Shown here: one piece after another, positions 36,994 to 50,900 of the stretch | How the letters are laid out: each line of letters starts with the position of its first letter | Numbering within the stretch: the first letter of the stretch is position 1 | Assembly (NCBI GenBank): GCA_024704765.1 | Contig: JAKMXF010000311.1 | Location: forward strand, 1 to 64,000 | Direction of reading: 5' to 3' | Source: Oopsacas minuta | Taxonomy: Eukaryota; Animalia; Porifera | Length of the DNA stretch: 64,000 bases | Notes under the pieces: model-generated | Told to the model about the DNA's origin: nothing | Databases searched by the model: none | Seen by the model: only the letters and a program-made list of their open reading frames with translations | Translations under genes and position numbers: made by a program

Positions 36994-39900
36994 TTAAGTT
37001 TTGGGCGTCAATAAGTTCAAAATTTGTTCAAGTTTACCCTCCAAATTATCAATTCTAGCTTCTAAGGTTGTATTCTGTTTAACTGACTTTTCAATATTTT
37101 GACCCATAACATTAATTCTATCTTGAATCCATTCATGACTAATGATACCACGCAATTTCTCATCTTCAAGGAGTTTAATGTTCCTTTTCAGACGAGTATG
37201 ATTCTCTTCAATTTGAAGATCTGTATCTTTCCTAGGGCTGCTTTCCTTCAGAAATTTCCATTTAGAAGGTTGGATAGTTAGTTCTTCAATTGAAGTAAAC
37301 ATGCGAAGCTTTCTACCAAAAAAGAAAGCGAGATTTGATTTGAATTCTAGTGACACGACTAACTCTATCTTGTAGTGGAATCCACTTATTTTAATTATCT
37401 CTCCATAAGTTTCAGACAGCTGTGCGATCAATATATTTAACATAACGACAATGATTGTGAATGCAAATGCCAGATAGAGTAAAGAGAATAGAAAATTTGA
37501 ATCTAGGACTGTGCTCTCCTCATTTCCCGGTCCACCATCAAGAAGAAATATTATTCCGGTCAGCAAAGGTCTTCTTAAATCATATAATATTGTACGATCT
37601 GTATCAAACCAGAATAAATTTGAAATGGTTTCATTCGAGCAAGTTAATCCTGTTGCCAATGAAACAGCTGTACCGGACTCTACAATATTTAGCCTAGCTG
37701 CTAAATGTATTCCTCCAAAATATGCCAACAGGAAAATGCAGATGATAATCCCGAATTGTGTTATATCATAGAGGAATATGTGAACGATGGTACGCACATA
37801 TGCGCCGAGAGATGGATAAATACGAGTGTATTTGAAGAGTTTTAGACTGAAGAGAATGAATGTAAATGAAGCGAATGCCCATTGAGCAGGCACCACTGAA
37901 AGCCTCAGTACTATTAGAATGAATAGAGATATCAAGGCACACACATCAATCATATTCAATACACCTATGTAACTACTGAGTGCCGAAAAGAAATGAAAAA
38001 GCAAGCGATCATATGCTCTAAGATGTTCAGAAAAATGAAATATTTTGCGAAATTCATATAGTTTACCAGTGCCCTGTCCAGCATCACCAAACGTTTGATC
38101 TTCTCTAGCTTTTTCAATAAACTTCTTTTCTATATGAATCTGATACCATTCCAAAGCGAATTCTAAAATCTCATCAAATGTAAAAAATATAGCATAAATG
38201 ATAACTATAACCTCGCAAAAAGCCCTCCCCTTGCTGAGGTTATCACTATAACTCAATAACATGTCGTCACACAGATAAGAAGCCTGTATCAGAGCGTAGA
38301 AGAGATTGATTAGAAAGAAACAGTAGAGAATGAATGTTAACACATACCACCAACGATAGAAACGAAGCTTCTCTCTCACTACAATACTAACTAATGGATG
38401 ATACTTTACTAACGGATCAGGACAGTCAAGCAGTTTGTGAAGGAAAGAAGGCTCGAAGCGATCGTAGAGAGGATCATCAGGGTAAGAGTGTTCCAACGAG
38501 GAAACAGAGTCAAGGAACTTGGGAGTCAACGTGACGTCAAGATATTTCTCAGACACAGAGTCATCCATGAGTGCAGTGAGAGCATCGAATAAATTCTTCT
38601 CAATCAATTGATGATAGATGATAGGATGTTGGATGAAATAATCATATTGTATGTGTTTGAAGAATTCAATTAACACAGCTTCATTAGCCTCATCCACTGC
38701 TCTATCCACTGGTGTACGACCTCGTGCATCTTTCTCCTCCAACAGTAGCTTTGGTATCTGATCCATGTAATTATCAGTTAAGTACTGTAGTAGGAACTCT
38801 GCACACCTGACAGCACCTTCACTGGCTATCGCATGTAGAAGTGTGTTCCCATACACGTCTCTTTTAGTGAAACTAATCCCGTAACTAAGCAGTAGTGGCA
38901 GAAGAGTAGAAGCATCATTAGCTACAGCCAGTTGTGCTGGTGTAGCTCCAGCTGCTGTCTTATCATCTGGATTAGCTCCATTCTCCAGTAGAATTTGTAG
39001 TGCTTGTCTCTGTTTGCTAAGGATAGCCACATGAATTGGTCTCTGATGGTCATGACTGTATACTGATTCCACAGCACTGACTCCATGCTGTAGCAGTAGT
39101 TTGATTATAGAGATGTGTCCTCCTTCTATGGCAATGCAGAGTGGCTTCTTTTTAGTATCTCCCTTCCAATCGTAGATGTTAGCATTGCACCCACATTCAT
39201 CTAACAGGAATCTAGTAAATAGGATATGAGTGAGAATCAATTTGGAAATGAGCTATTTGATATTTGAGTATGTATATAGTAGAAATAATAGAATTCAAAA
39301 CAAATCAAGTTATATTTTCACACAAGGAAATAGTCTAAATGAACAATTTGATTTTCAGATCATTATTTGCTCGCTAATCTATATGATGTTCTACTTTTCC
39401 TATATCAAATGATAACCCCCCATAAACTTACTTGGTGACATCATAGTTCCCTCCAAACACAGCTGAATATAGAATACTTTTGGAGGTATCTGTTCTATCA
39501 GTACTTGCTCCGTACTTAACCAGTTCCCTCACCAGACCAATTCTTCCGTGTTGAGCTGCGTAATTCAGAGGACACAATCGTGACTCCGTAAGCAACAGAT
39601 TTGGATCTGCTTTTGCCTCTAACAGAGCTGTACCTATCTGATGGTAGCCTCGATGTGCTACGATACACAGTGGAGTGAATCCTGATGAGTTTTCTGTGTC
39701 TATAGGTACTTCTTTCTCAATCAAGTATTTTGCTAGATTTGGTCTGTTCTGGTCACAGGCGAAGTGTAGCATGGAACCATAGTCTTCATGACAAGATTCA
39801 TTCAACACATCAACTCCAGGTAACAGTAACTGTATGTGAATGAATTAAGTTTGTAATATTATTTGGATGATTGGTAAAATTGAAATTATTCTAAACACTT

Positions 39901-41922
39901 TACCAGTATAGCAAAAGTACTTTACATTCCATCAAGGTTATGACAAATGATTTTAGGAATGATAACTTTACATTGTATACTTGTCAACCAGAATGAAGGA
40001 AATAGGAAGCTTGTATTTAGCGGAATTTTGTTTAATTTTGTGGTAGCACATTAGCACTATTAGCCTGAACTACATTATATTTGAAAATTCACCTTTATGA
40101 TTTCTTTATTGTCAGAATCCATCCCTGGAAGAAAATCATTGAAATCTACAGTCTCTCTAGCTTGTTGGAGTTTGTTCTCTGCTTCTTCTCCTCCTTCTCT
40201 AGCTCCATCTACAATAGCCTGTATTGCTTCTATATTGTCATCCAATGCTGCATAATGCAGTGTATTGAATACAAAGTTATTTGTAATCGAAGGATCTGCT
40301 CCAGCTCTAACCAGCTCAAATATAATATTATAGTTCTTATTGTTGTAGGCCTGTATTAGGGGTGTATTACAATCCTCACCGCATTCTCCATCTAGCATCT
40401 CACCTAAATGTATCAAAGTAGAAATTGGGTTTGGGTTTTTCGGGTTCGATGCAAAATGTGAATTACAATCATGTAATTATGTTTGTTAAAATATTAATGT
40501 AAAATCTCGAAAGATTATATTGTTACACACAGAGATCATTTCCCAGATAGAACTCACTTCAGGCTAGGAAATTGCCTAGTAATAACATTTGCAGGTTTAC
40601 TATTATGGACCAATGCAATAAGAACATACACGTTATTTATAAGGATAACAGTCTGAGATTGGGCAAAATTTAAGGCACGATTAGGGAACTGCCCAGCTTA
40701 AGATTAGATATTTGAGACATATTAGTAGGTATATACAGAACATTAATTAAAGGGGAAATTCTGGCGATCCAGAGTTGGCTATTAATTCAATTTTGTCTAT
40801 ACTTTCCAATTAATATAGGTAATCAATGAATAATCAATTAATTAAGTAATGAATAGTTCGTACTGTATTATTTTGTAGTAAGTCTTACGTTACAACGCAT
40901 ATTTCTAGCACAAGAAAATATTTAGAAACTTTGAGGATGAATTGGCAGAAAAATAAGGAAAATTATACTTAAATTTCTGGTCGGGTTAGGGTTGAAAGAC
41001 ATCGGTCTCGGGTCGTTCGGGCCCTGAATAGTCGATTCCTAATCTGAAATGTATAGACAATATGTAACATGCATTCATCCATTCTCAGCTCTTGTTCACT
41101 CGTACCACTATTATGTATTTAGACTATAAAGTATATATTGTAACTCATTACAACTTTTACTTCTAACTCTGTATGTGTCTGATGCATACAGAAGGACTAC
41201 GTATGTGTTCTTACCAATAGACTCATCTTCTTCTTTTAGTTTGTTAATCCATTTGAGAATAACCATTAATGATTTCTCATTTTCACCATCTACAGCACAA
41301 TTAAGAATATTAAACTGGTCTGTGTTTACTGCGCCAAACTCTAGTTCTCCTATATTTTCAAGAATTTTCTCCATCATTTCTTCTCCTGCATGTCTTGCAG
41401 CCAAATGTAAAATGGTATTGCCATTCGCGAATCTAGATCGCATATACAAAATAAATAATTATTAGATATAATATAGTATATATTGTAGGCTAATCTCTGA
41501 CAATAGAACTCGGTTAATGCTTAGTCGGCTTAACCGATCATAGCTTAAGTTTTGGTGGTCAATCACTTTGATGAAATCGTGAAAACGTAGTGTCTTAGGC
41601 CTATACTAATATTATATTATGAATGAATGAATACTAACGTTTTCCCTGCAAGTAATGTATCCTCGAACATTGGAATTAACTTATCACTATTTGTCTTCAG
41701 CAGATCACAAATAGCATCTTCATCAATTTGTGTATCCTCTTCATCAAGACTCTCCTTCAATGGAACCTTTGTTCCTGCTATGAGAGGTTGTTTTTGTTCA
41801 GCAGTTACCTCAGAACTGGATATCGGTTCAGCAGCCTCGTTAGCTGTATTTGATACGTCAATATCTTCAGTATTGGCCGTTACAGGGACAAGTTGAATGT
41901 CATCACCTTTTGGCTGATCCAT
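36994..41922 (-). CDS. TRPA-like cation channel (ankyrin repeats, 6TM, coiled coil); exons 41922-41639, 41432-41215, 40403-40093, 39829-39432, 39211-36994; 1,142 aa
   Basis: All four introns are GT-AG with consistent phases (total 3,429 nt). Ankyrin motifs, pre-S1 HPLV, S6 VMLNILIAQLSETY, C-terminal heptads. Confidence 0.88.
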
Positions 41923-43141
41923 TAGAAATACGAATATTATCTAGAAATTAATATTATCATTTGAAGCACAGAGTGCCAAAGATAATTTCACTATGAGTGG
42001 AAATACCCAGTAAGAAACGTGGGTCCCACCATATTTAGTACTTTTTAGTTGAAAATTGAAGGATGATACAAAAATATATTACATAATTGGTCATAAAATG
42101 TTGAACTATAATTTCTGAATCGATGAAACAGTTCAACAATCCAAATATTTCCCTAAAGTAGCGGCTTCGCGTTTCCCATGGACTTTAAAGTAAGGGAACG
42201 GCGTTCCCCTCAATACAACTCTGTCTAAGCAATATATACACGTATTTCAAATATATATTAGACCATCAATTTAGGAAAATTGAGAAATGAATCATGTACA
42301 TATTGATAGCTGGATAACAAAAGTTCTACCTATTAGGTTACTTAAGCTGGCATAACCATAAAAGCTAGCAATAATAACCTTAAGATTGAAAGATTATATG
42401 TCATTGAATATCTCATCTGTACAAGTACGTAGTAATATGAGGATTTCAAGATTAGTGTCCATATAATTATCCATAAATTTGGAAAAATACAAATAAAATA
42501 TTGCGGAGGGAGGACAAACTTGGGGACGGGCGGGGATGAGAAAGACAAAAAGCAATTATGCTAAATAATGATAGAAAAGATTAATTTTATACCTAATATA
42601 CACCAATTGACAATAAACACGAAGGTAGTATTTTAATTCCTATTAATGATAGAGCATAGTAATGCTATGGATAGAGTATCTCATTACATAAGTTACATTT
42701 CATCTCACATTACTGTGAGTTTGTATGCTCAATAATTATCACATACAAGTGCTCTCCAAATCATAAGATAATATCTTACTCGTATCTTTATCTTGTTCGT
42801 GATTTGTGTTATCAGAAATTTCTGGCTATCCAAGTAAGTAATACATAATATACAGCCGAAACTGATTTATTCTAACTCTTGTTTTTGCTCTCGCATTTTT
42901 CCCTATTTGGCGGAATAAATTCCAATATGAAAAGTATATTCATTGCGTTCTTCCAACAATTTGCTTATTCTAACCATTCTTATACCAAGAATGCAATGTT
43001 TAGAACTAACGGTTTCGAATGTATGTATATTCTTTACAATTGATGCATTATATGTGAAATCTCTTTATTATATAATAGATTTACTAAAGACAAATAAGGT
43101 GATATAATAGAAAATAACATTATGGTACATATTAATGAGTA

Positions 43142-44183
43142 CGGGGACGCGGAAATGACCCAAAACCGAAGTCGGAATTTGGCCCATAACTGATGTCGGA
43201 ATTTGACCCAAATATTAGCTTGGGAGAGCTGTTTTATAATAATTTATAAATTAATTTTAATATATTAAATAAATGACAGTAACATACGTAGAATAAGAGA
43301 AATGACAATGTATTCTGGGATGGGATAAAAAGGAGAAATAAAGAAAAATATTACCAAGGAAAGGTTCACTGTTATTGGAATATTTTAGTTATGCTATTAA
43401 TGTTTTCACGACAAATTGTTTCTGCTTCCTTAAGTTTAGCTAGGCTTAGATCACTAGCAAAAATGTCAGCTATCTCATTTCCCTCCCTAATTGTTACTCG
43501 GTGGTTACTGGAGTAAGGAGGATTCATTAATAGTTCATCCAAATCTTCAGGAGTTGAAGCCAATTTCGGCAATTGTAATCTACGTCTCTTTACCAGGGTA
43601 CTTTCGAGTTTCTTGAAAGTCAAAAAAGATGCTTCTTGGAAATCACGATACTCTTTATTAAAAACCTCTCGTAAATTGTCTGTCGATAATTCAGCAGCTC
43701 TCTTTATTTTGTTTGTTAATATAATACTATCTGTTCCATTATCACATTGTGAATGACTTAATTTTTTGTCATTTTGAGGAATATTCTGGTGTATAAATTT
43801 TCACTAAGCTAAGACATCCTTTCTGTTTTGCGAGAGTGCATCTTAGATAAAATGTACCATTGTTTTCATGATACTTGACATATCGATATCTCTCAGAGAT
43901 ATTATTCACAGAATTTGATTTCTTTCCTTCCGCCACAGAATATTCCATTTTGATAGTTTCTGAAAGAAGTATTACGTGATATATAGTAAACATTTTCTCA
44001 AGTGAAAACAAACAAAATAGAAGTGCCAAGTCACAACATTGATTCAACAGAATCTGTAAACATCCTGCTGTATTGATGATATTTTGGGTCAAATTCCTAC
44101 TCCCAATTTTATTTCTGTCAAATCAACTTCACAAATTTTGGGTCAAATTCCAAGATTTTTTGGGTCTAATTCATGCGTCTCAT
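43142..44183 (-). mobile_element. Internally deleted MULE (FLYWCH plus transposase N-terminus)
   Basis: YLRCTLAKQKGC and ESTLVKRRRLQLPKL resemble 5427-6029; inverted subterminal GGAATTTGACCCAAA motifs at both ends. Confidence 0.7.
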
Positions 44184-44963
44184 GAGTGTGTAATATATTT
44201 CATGTATTTAAATACATTGGCAAGTCTCACCGATTTATTGTGAGGCTCAAGTATTTGAACACACTCTCACTTTCATTTTAAGCTGGTTGCTAAATTCATA
44301 ATATCCCTATCCTAATATCAGTGAAGAAATAATAGGGGGTTGAGGCGGACTTGAACTAGGGAGGGTTCTTGCATATTGAGGAGGGGATACTCCGTTTATA
44401 AATAAATTTTACATATCATTATGGACAGAGCATTATAGGAGGGGATACTCCGTTTATGATTCAGGAGCGGGAGGAGAGCGGCGCTCAATTTATGAAGGAA
44501 CTGTCACACTGGAGCGTGTAGCTGTAATTGCAACCAATTTATCAATTTCATTAGTACTTTGATTAAATTCAATATTGATGCTTGAAAAAGTGGTTGTTGG
44601 GAGACTTTTTCATAATTTATATCAAAATATGTAATTAGATATACGTATTCGTTGAATCAGGATTGACGTTACACATTTAGCAATGTCAGAATTACAATAG
44701 TAAAATTAAATTCTGTATAAATATAATAAAAATCTACTAGTCTATATCTGGAAAGGTGCGCAATTGGAGCGGGAATGTTTGAGATCGAAACTCAACAAAT
44801 GAGCTATTTACTTCACAAATGAATGCAAAAATTGTGGTGCATGAGATGAAGTTGACATCTTGAATTAATCTAGGAATAAAAGACATGCAAATGATACATG
44901 TGTAATTCAAAAGGAATTGCTAAAATACCTAATTATAGCTCTATATATACTCTTATTAGATAT

Positions 44964-47900
44964 ATGGCAATGAGTAAAAAATACTCGCAATTCAAAGGTA
45001 AAGATTTGCCTCATGAATCACTAAATTATGACGTTTATAAACCCACTTTACTTCCAAATTCATCCAAAGATAATGAGCTTCAATCTTTGCTAGTCCATTT
45101 AGAGCTTGGGAAAGAGAAGGTTGATTATATATTGGAAAATGGCCACAAGTTCATTGACAAACCTAAGGTCTTAGCAAGAAAAGTGGATATTGGAATAGCA
45201 AAGGCCGAGATGATAACAGACGCGCTTAGAAATTCCAATCGCAAAAATATTGATAGTTTAACGGATGAAATGTCTAAAAAAATTCAGGAATGTATGAAAG
45301 ATAATCCTGATATGTTAAATGCTTCTGATATTGCTTTACTTACTGATATTGAAGAAGAATTAGTTGCAGCATATTTAGAATCGAAACCACTCAATGAAGG
45401 CCAAAAAAGAACAATCTCAGAGTTATATAAAAGCGACTTCTCTGTTCCTGATATCCATGATAGTCTAGGTATATCAATGGAAAAAATTCAAGACCACTTG
45501 GACAATACAATGTTAGTTTTCGCTGGAAGAGAAGGAAAGAAAGTTTTGAAAATAATATTCAAATATACAAAGAAGGTTCCGACTACGAAATTAATAGACA
45601 ATATTAGAAATAATGATCTGAAGCTACAAGATCAGCTGGTTTGTAAGTTGCGTAGAAAGAATGAACACGAATACCAGGAAATATTTCACTACTTAAAAAA
45701 GTTTAAAGAGACAGAAAATTTCTGTCAAATTAACACACATCTTACCATTGATGATATAATTTATATAAATGAAAGTAGTCTTGATGTTGAACAACTCAGC
45801 ATAAAATTTAACAAAGTCGAGACAGTCATAAGAGATGTTTTAGAAAGTTATAAGCCTCACGAATTAGAGGAGAGGCATTATAAAAATTTACAACTCCAGA
45901 GAATTGAAAATATAATTATATTGTTCGGAAGAGAAACCAAAGCATTTCTCGCATATAGGATGATAATTTCAGATTCAATTGAAAGCATGATTCTCAGAGC
46001 AGAGAGTATAAAACGTAACGATCCAATGAAAGTATTTGAAGAACTATTACCTCTCACATTTTATTACCTCAAGTGCAGCCTACCCTTTGATGATATCACA
46101 AGAATTATTGCTAAAACGTGTAGAATTACGCTGACAACACATGAAATATTCCACATAATTTTCCAACTATCTGATCCCATTTTGAAGGGTTTTTGCATTG
46201 AACATTATTCTTTCAGTAATCCTGTTCCCCTTTATTACCCCAAATTCCCAACATACATACATCATAAGGGAATCAAAAATAGAATTCGAAATTTGCAGCG
46301 AATTGTGGTATTCAATCCAAACTTATCATGGTTTGATTTCATTTGGTATAGGTCGAGCGGGTTGGAATCCTATTGGTAAGTCACACTTATTAGATCTCAT
46401 TTTTGAGACAGATTTCGAGAGAGGGAATCCACGAAAAAGCGCATTCCATTTGAATTCAATAGATATCCAAATGACAAAGAATCTATTCGCTAAGGTTGAG
46501 GATAGACATCCTAAAGAAGCTACAAAATTGGCCTATATTGATTGCCATGGATACTCGGACATGTCTGTCATTCATACTATCTGTCAATATTTGGATGTAG
46601 CATTAATTCATGTGAGTCATTTTGATTTTATCAATCATAAGGGAAAGATCATGGAGGATATACAGAGATTCGATTACATTAATGTGTGTACATATTTATC
46701 CGAGATTATGAGGGAGAAGATGTAATATTGCGAAAAGAGAAAAGAAGGACATACATTTACATTCCCAACTTAGTGAAAATAGACAACACAATTTTCTACT
46801 CTAAATTAAAAAGCATTGGCTTCGATATTTTGCACTTCAAATCTAGAGAAATTGGATCAGAATTCATTGAAAATTTAATGAACGTTTTCAAATCTAAGAA
46901 TTTAAAAGGAATACAATCAGACAACAAACAAATACAAAACATGATGAGGCTAATTATGGAAAATATTAAATCTCTTGAAAATTTAGATTTTTCCTTCTTA
47001 AACTATTATCCACCTTTCATTGACTATATGAATTCATTCTATTTAAAATTTAATGAAACGGATAGAGAGATTATCTGTAAACATAATGCAAAGTGCGTAA
47101 ATCTAAAATATCAACTCGATAATATTAAAATGGGAGAAATTGTTCAGTGCTTTAACAACATCTTAGAAAAGAAGAACTCTGTGCTTATTTTGTGGAAACT
47201 ATCACAAGAACTTTCTGTCCTAACAAGTCAGATTATCTCTTGTCGCGAGGGATTAATTTCGAAACCGGGTAAAAAAAGCATGAAGTATAGAAACGACAAA
47301 TACAACCTAGAAATCATATGGAGAGAAGCGTTGTTATCTCAAAAATATGGTGAGAAAAGTAAGTGTAAAATTCAAGCAAAATATAGAGAGAAATTCACAG
47401 AAAACTTTAGCAATTTCGTTGAAAGAGGAGAAGCATTCGAGCTAATTGATGGTGATAATCTCAGATATTTTAATCAAGATATCAATGCTCTATTATCCAA
47501 GCTATACATAAAGCAAGAAGAAGAGCTCAAAGTAATAAATAAACATTTCAAGAAAATTAAAATGAGACAAGCTCCCATTGTATTGAGCATATTTGGACCA
47601 CAAAGTTCAGGGAAGTCAACATTGTTGAACTACTGCTTTGGTTGTAAATTCCTAACCAGTGCTGGGAGATGTACTAGAGGGATTTACGGATCTCTTGCAA
47701 AACTCAGCCGACCTGTTAATTGCACTAATCAGTTCTTAATCCTTGACACTGAAGGTCTGGATGCAATTGAGAGAGGAGAAGAGACAGATGCTTCGTTAGT
47801 TCACTTTGACAGAACTATGGTGTTATTCTGCTTAGCTGTGTCACAAGTTGTGATTATAAATGTAAAGGGTGATATTGGCAAAGAATTGCAAAACCTATTA

Positions 47901-50900
47901 CAGATATGCGCATACTCCCTTCACAAACTCAAAGTAAGCAAAGTAGTTGCTCCAAAGATATTCTTCGTTCTCAATCAACAAGCGGATCCAGATACCACAA
48001 AACATCTAAGTGCTATCAACACATTAATGGATAAACTGAATAAGGAATCAGACTTGATGGAAATTGAAGGAATAAGAATTTCAGACCTAATACAAGTATC
48101 TAGGGATAATCTATTCATTCTTCCGTCAGCATTTAATTCACAACAAATGAATAAACCAGCAGCCAATCTATTCAACTCAAGTGTCGTTAAGCAGTCGCCA
48201 ACCAATACATTTGCCATTCGCTGTGCAGAACTGAGACTTGCAATAATCGATGAACTGATTAAATTGCCACAAGATGAGAGGGCACCTTTCAAAACGATGA
48301 GTGAGTGGATGGAAATGTCTGGAGTTATCTGGGATATAATAGTCAAATATCAAGACATCGTTAAATTCAGAAACATTGAAGAACTGATGTGTAACAATAT
48401 GCTGGGTAAGATAGTCACTGACTTAATGAAGAAATACATGTCTGCAAATCGATCCAAATTTGTCGACATAACAGAACAATTGATCTTGGAGATTAAAGAA
48501 ATTAAGAAACTTTTCCGTCAAGCAAATGTCCTGGAAGATTCCATGCTTAAGTTTGATCAAATATTTGGCGAGTTTCAGGAGGCAAGCTTCAAAGAATATG
48601 AAACGATTTGTCAAAACGACAAATTACTAAATAAAATGAACCACATTTGTGAAGCAGAAAAATCAAATCTCTCAAGACTAATGTACATAGAAAGAAAACA
48701 TTACAAAGATAAACTCCAAAGGAGTATCAAAGCTTCTTGGACTAATCTCAAGCTACCTGAAATCATGGGTAATTTTCAATCTGAAATCGAAAACAATGTT
48801 GACAAATATATGGAGTTCAGTGTTAAGGAATTGGAAAAGGAATTTGAAGAGATATGGCTGAAATGTTTTGAAAATGAAGATAAAGAAGAAAAGAATGAGC
48901 GAGATGAGGATTTTGATAATCTATATTCGATTTTTAAGATGGAATCCAAAACAATGGAAAACAAACAAACTATCTTTGAACTTTTCGAAGAATCAAACTT
49001 TGAAATGGACACAGTCATAAAAGACCTCCGAAAAGATATGTTATCCAGACTAGAGAATTATGTAGATTCATTTTCAGCAGAAGAAGATTTCATTTTTCCA
49101 TGGAAAGACAATCCTATACCGATAAAAGACATGGTTCCCTTCACCGGAAGAGAGAAGTGTGAATATTTGAGTAAAGAGTCACTATATACGATGGAAAAAC
49201 GTAGGTACATCGGTTTGCACCCAGTACCAAAAATCAATAAATGGATCCCTGAAGATTGCCATGGTGTTATCCAGTATTGTTCAGGTTATTATAACCATGC
49301 AGACATTACATGGAAAATAGAAGAAAGGAAACAAATTCTTCGGTTATCTTCAGTCTTGAAAGATCCAGATAATCATAAAGTTAGCACATGGTCAAAGTTA
49401 CTTTATACCATATCTTCAGATATTGAGAGTCTGCTTAAGGAAGATCCACAAATTCCAAAAGCTACTGTCAGAGAAATTATTCATTATTTGTGTTTACATT
49501 CAAACTTGTCAATTATGAGATCAATTACATCCTAGCAAAATTGACTAACAAAGCAGAAAGGACGACAACAACTTTTGCTTTTGCATATGCCTTCAAACAT
49601 TTATTGGAAACAAAAAGATACAGTAAAGATGAGTATGATGCAGAAAAAAATTTTAAGAAATTGGAATTACTTGATTTTTTCTTGAAAAAAGTTGAAAGCA
49701 GAAAATTGGCTAGAGGCAACTGGGATCGCCCAAAAATGAGAGAGATTGATCGGATTTTCTCCAATCGATTTGCTCTAGATTTCTTAAAAAGTGTTAGGCA
49801 AGGGGTCATAGATGACCAAGATGAATTCATTGAAAGCGAATTCTTGCATAGAAAAGTCAATTTATCACACAAATCTATGTTACTCTTAATGGAAGATATA
49901 ATATCAAAGGAAATCAATTTGCACCCTAAAAAGGAGGTTCTAGATCTAAATAATAATGTTGTACAATTCATCTGTAATCGTAATGAAATGACCAAGAAAA
50001 TATTTAGAACTCGATGGGAAGAAGTAGCAGAGGAAGTCTATGTCGAAATTGTTAGACACACTAAAATAATTTTCTCAGAACAGCTCAGTGGAATTAAAAA
50101 AGTCATTTCTAACCTTTTGGACAATTTGTCAAAAAACTCTGATGAAAGATTAGGATTCGATTCAGACAGTAACTTCGAAGTCTCAGATGAAACAGATAGA
50201 AAGAAGTTTACTGATACTGAAATTAAAGAGAGTCCGTGTAGAGCAATGGTACTTTATTTGGAGAAGTATTTTGATTCAAAACTGACTAAAGAAGATCTTT
50301 TTACGTATTTCAACCATGACTTTAGCATCAAAGGTGTTAAGATGATTAAAATCCAAAAACATTGGGTATTATGCGATAAATCTGATGACGATACTCTTGC
50401 ACTTGAGGAACATATTTTTAACAAATTAACAAATACCAAAATGTTCAACCACACAGAAAAATTATTCAACATCTACGGGTACTTGAAAGAATTTCTGTCT
50501 ACTTTGAATTGCTTCGAATATGAGCTATCGAAGATTCAATTTGGAGAGTTTGAACTGGTAAAAAAGCTTAAAGACGAATATGAAGCATCCGCCTTGAGTT
50601 GTCCAGAGAAATGTCCTAGTTGTGGAAAACTCTGTGAGAGGGAACTTCATCCACATAGTGGGAAATGCCGAATAAAAACAGGTCATCAAATTTGTTCAAT
50701 GGGTGGAAAGGTTTGGAAAAATGATGAAAATCGATCTGCTATTCTATATACTTGCGATGATTACAAAGATTCGACCGAAGTGAAAATACCCGGAAAGAAA
50801 ATGAATTGGGGTGAATTTAAAGAGCAGAGTGGAAACGAATGGGATTGGACCCTACCAACAGATAAAGATTATACAATCTTACAACAAAATAATCGTGAAA

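Noticed and set aside
44380-44457. 20-bp direct repeat GGAGGGGATACTCCGTTTAT x2 upstream of VLIG
   Set aside because: Only two copies in MITE-like GC-rich debris; no support for function.
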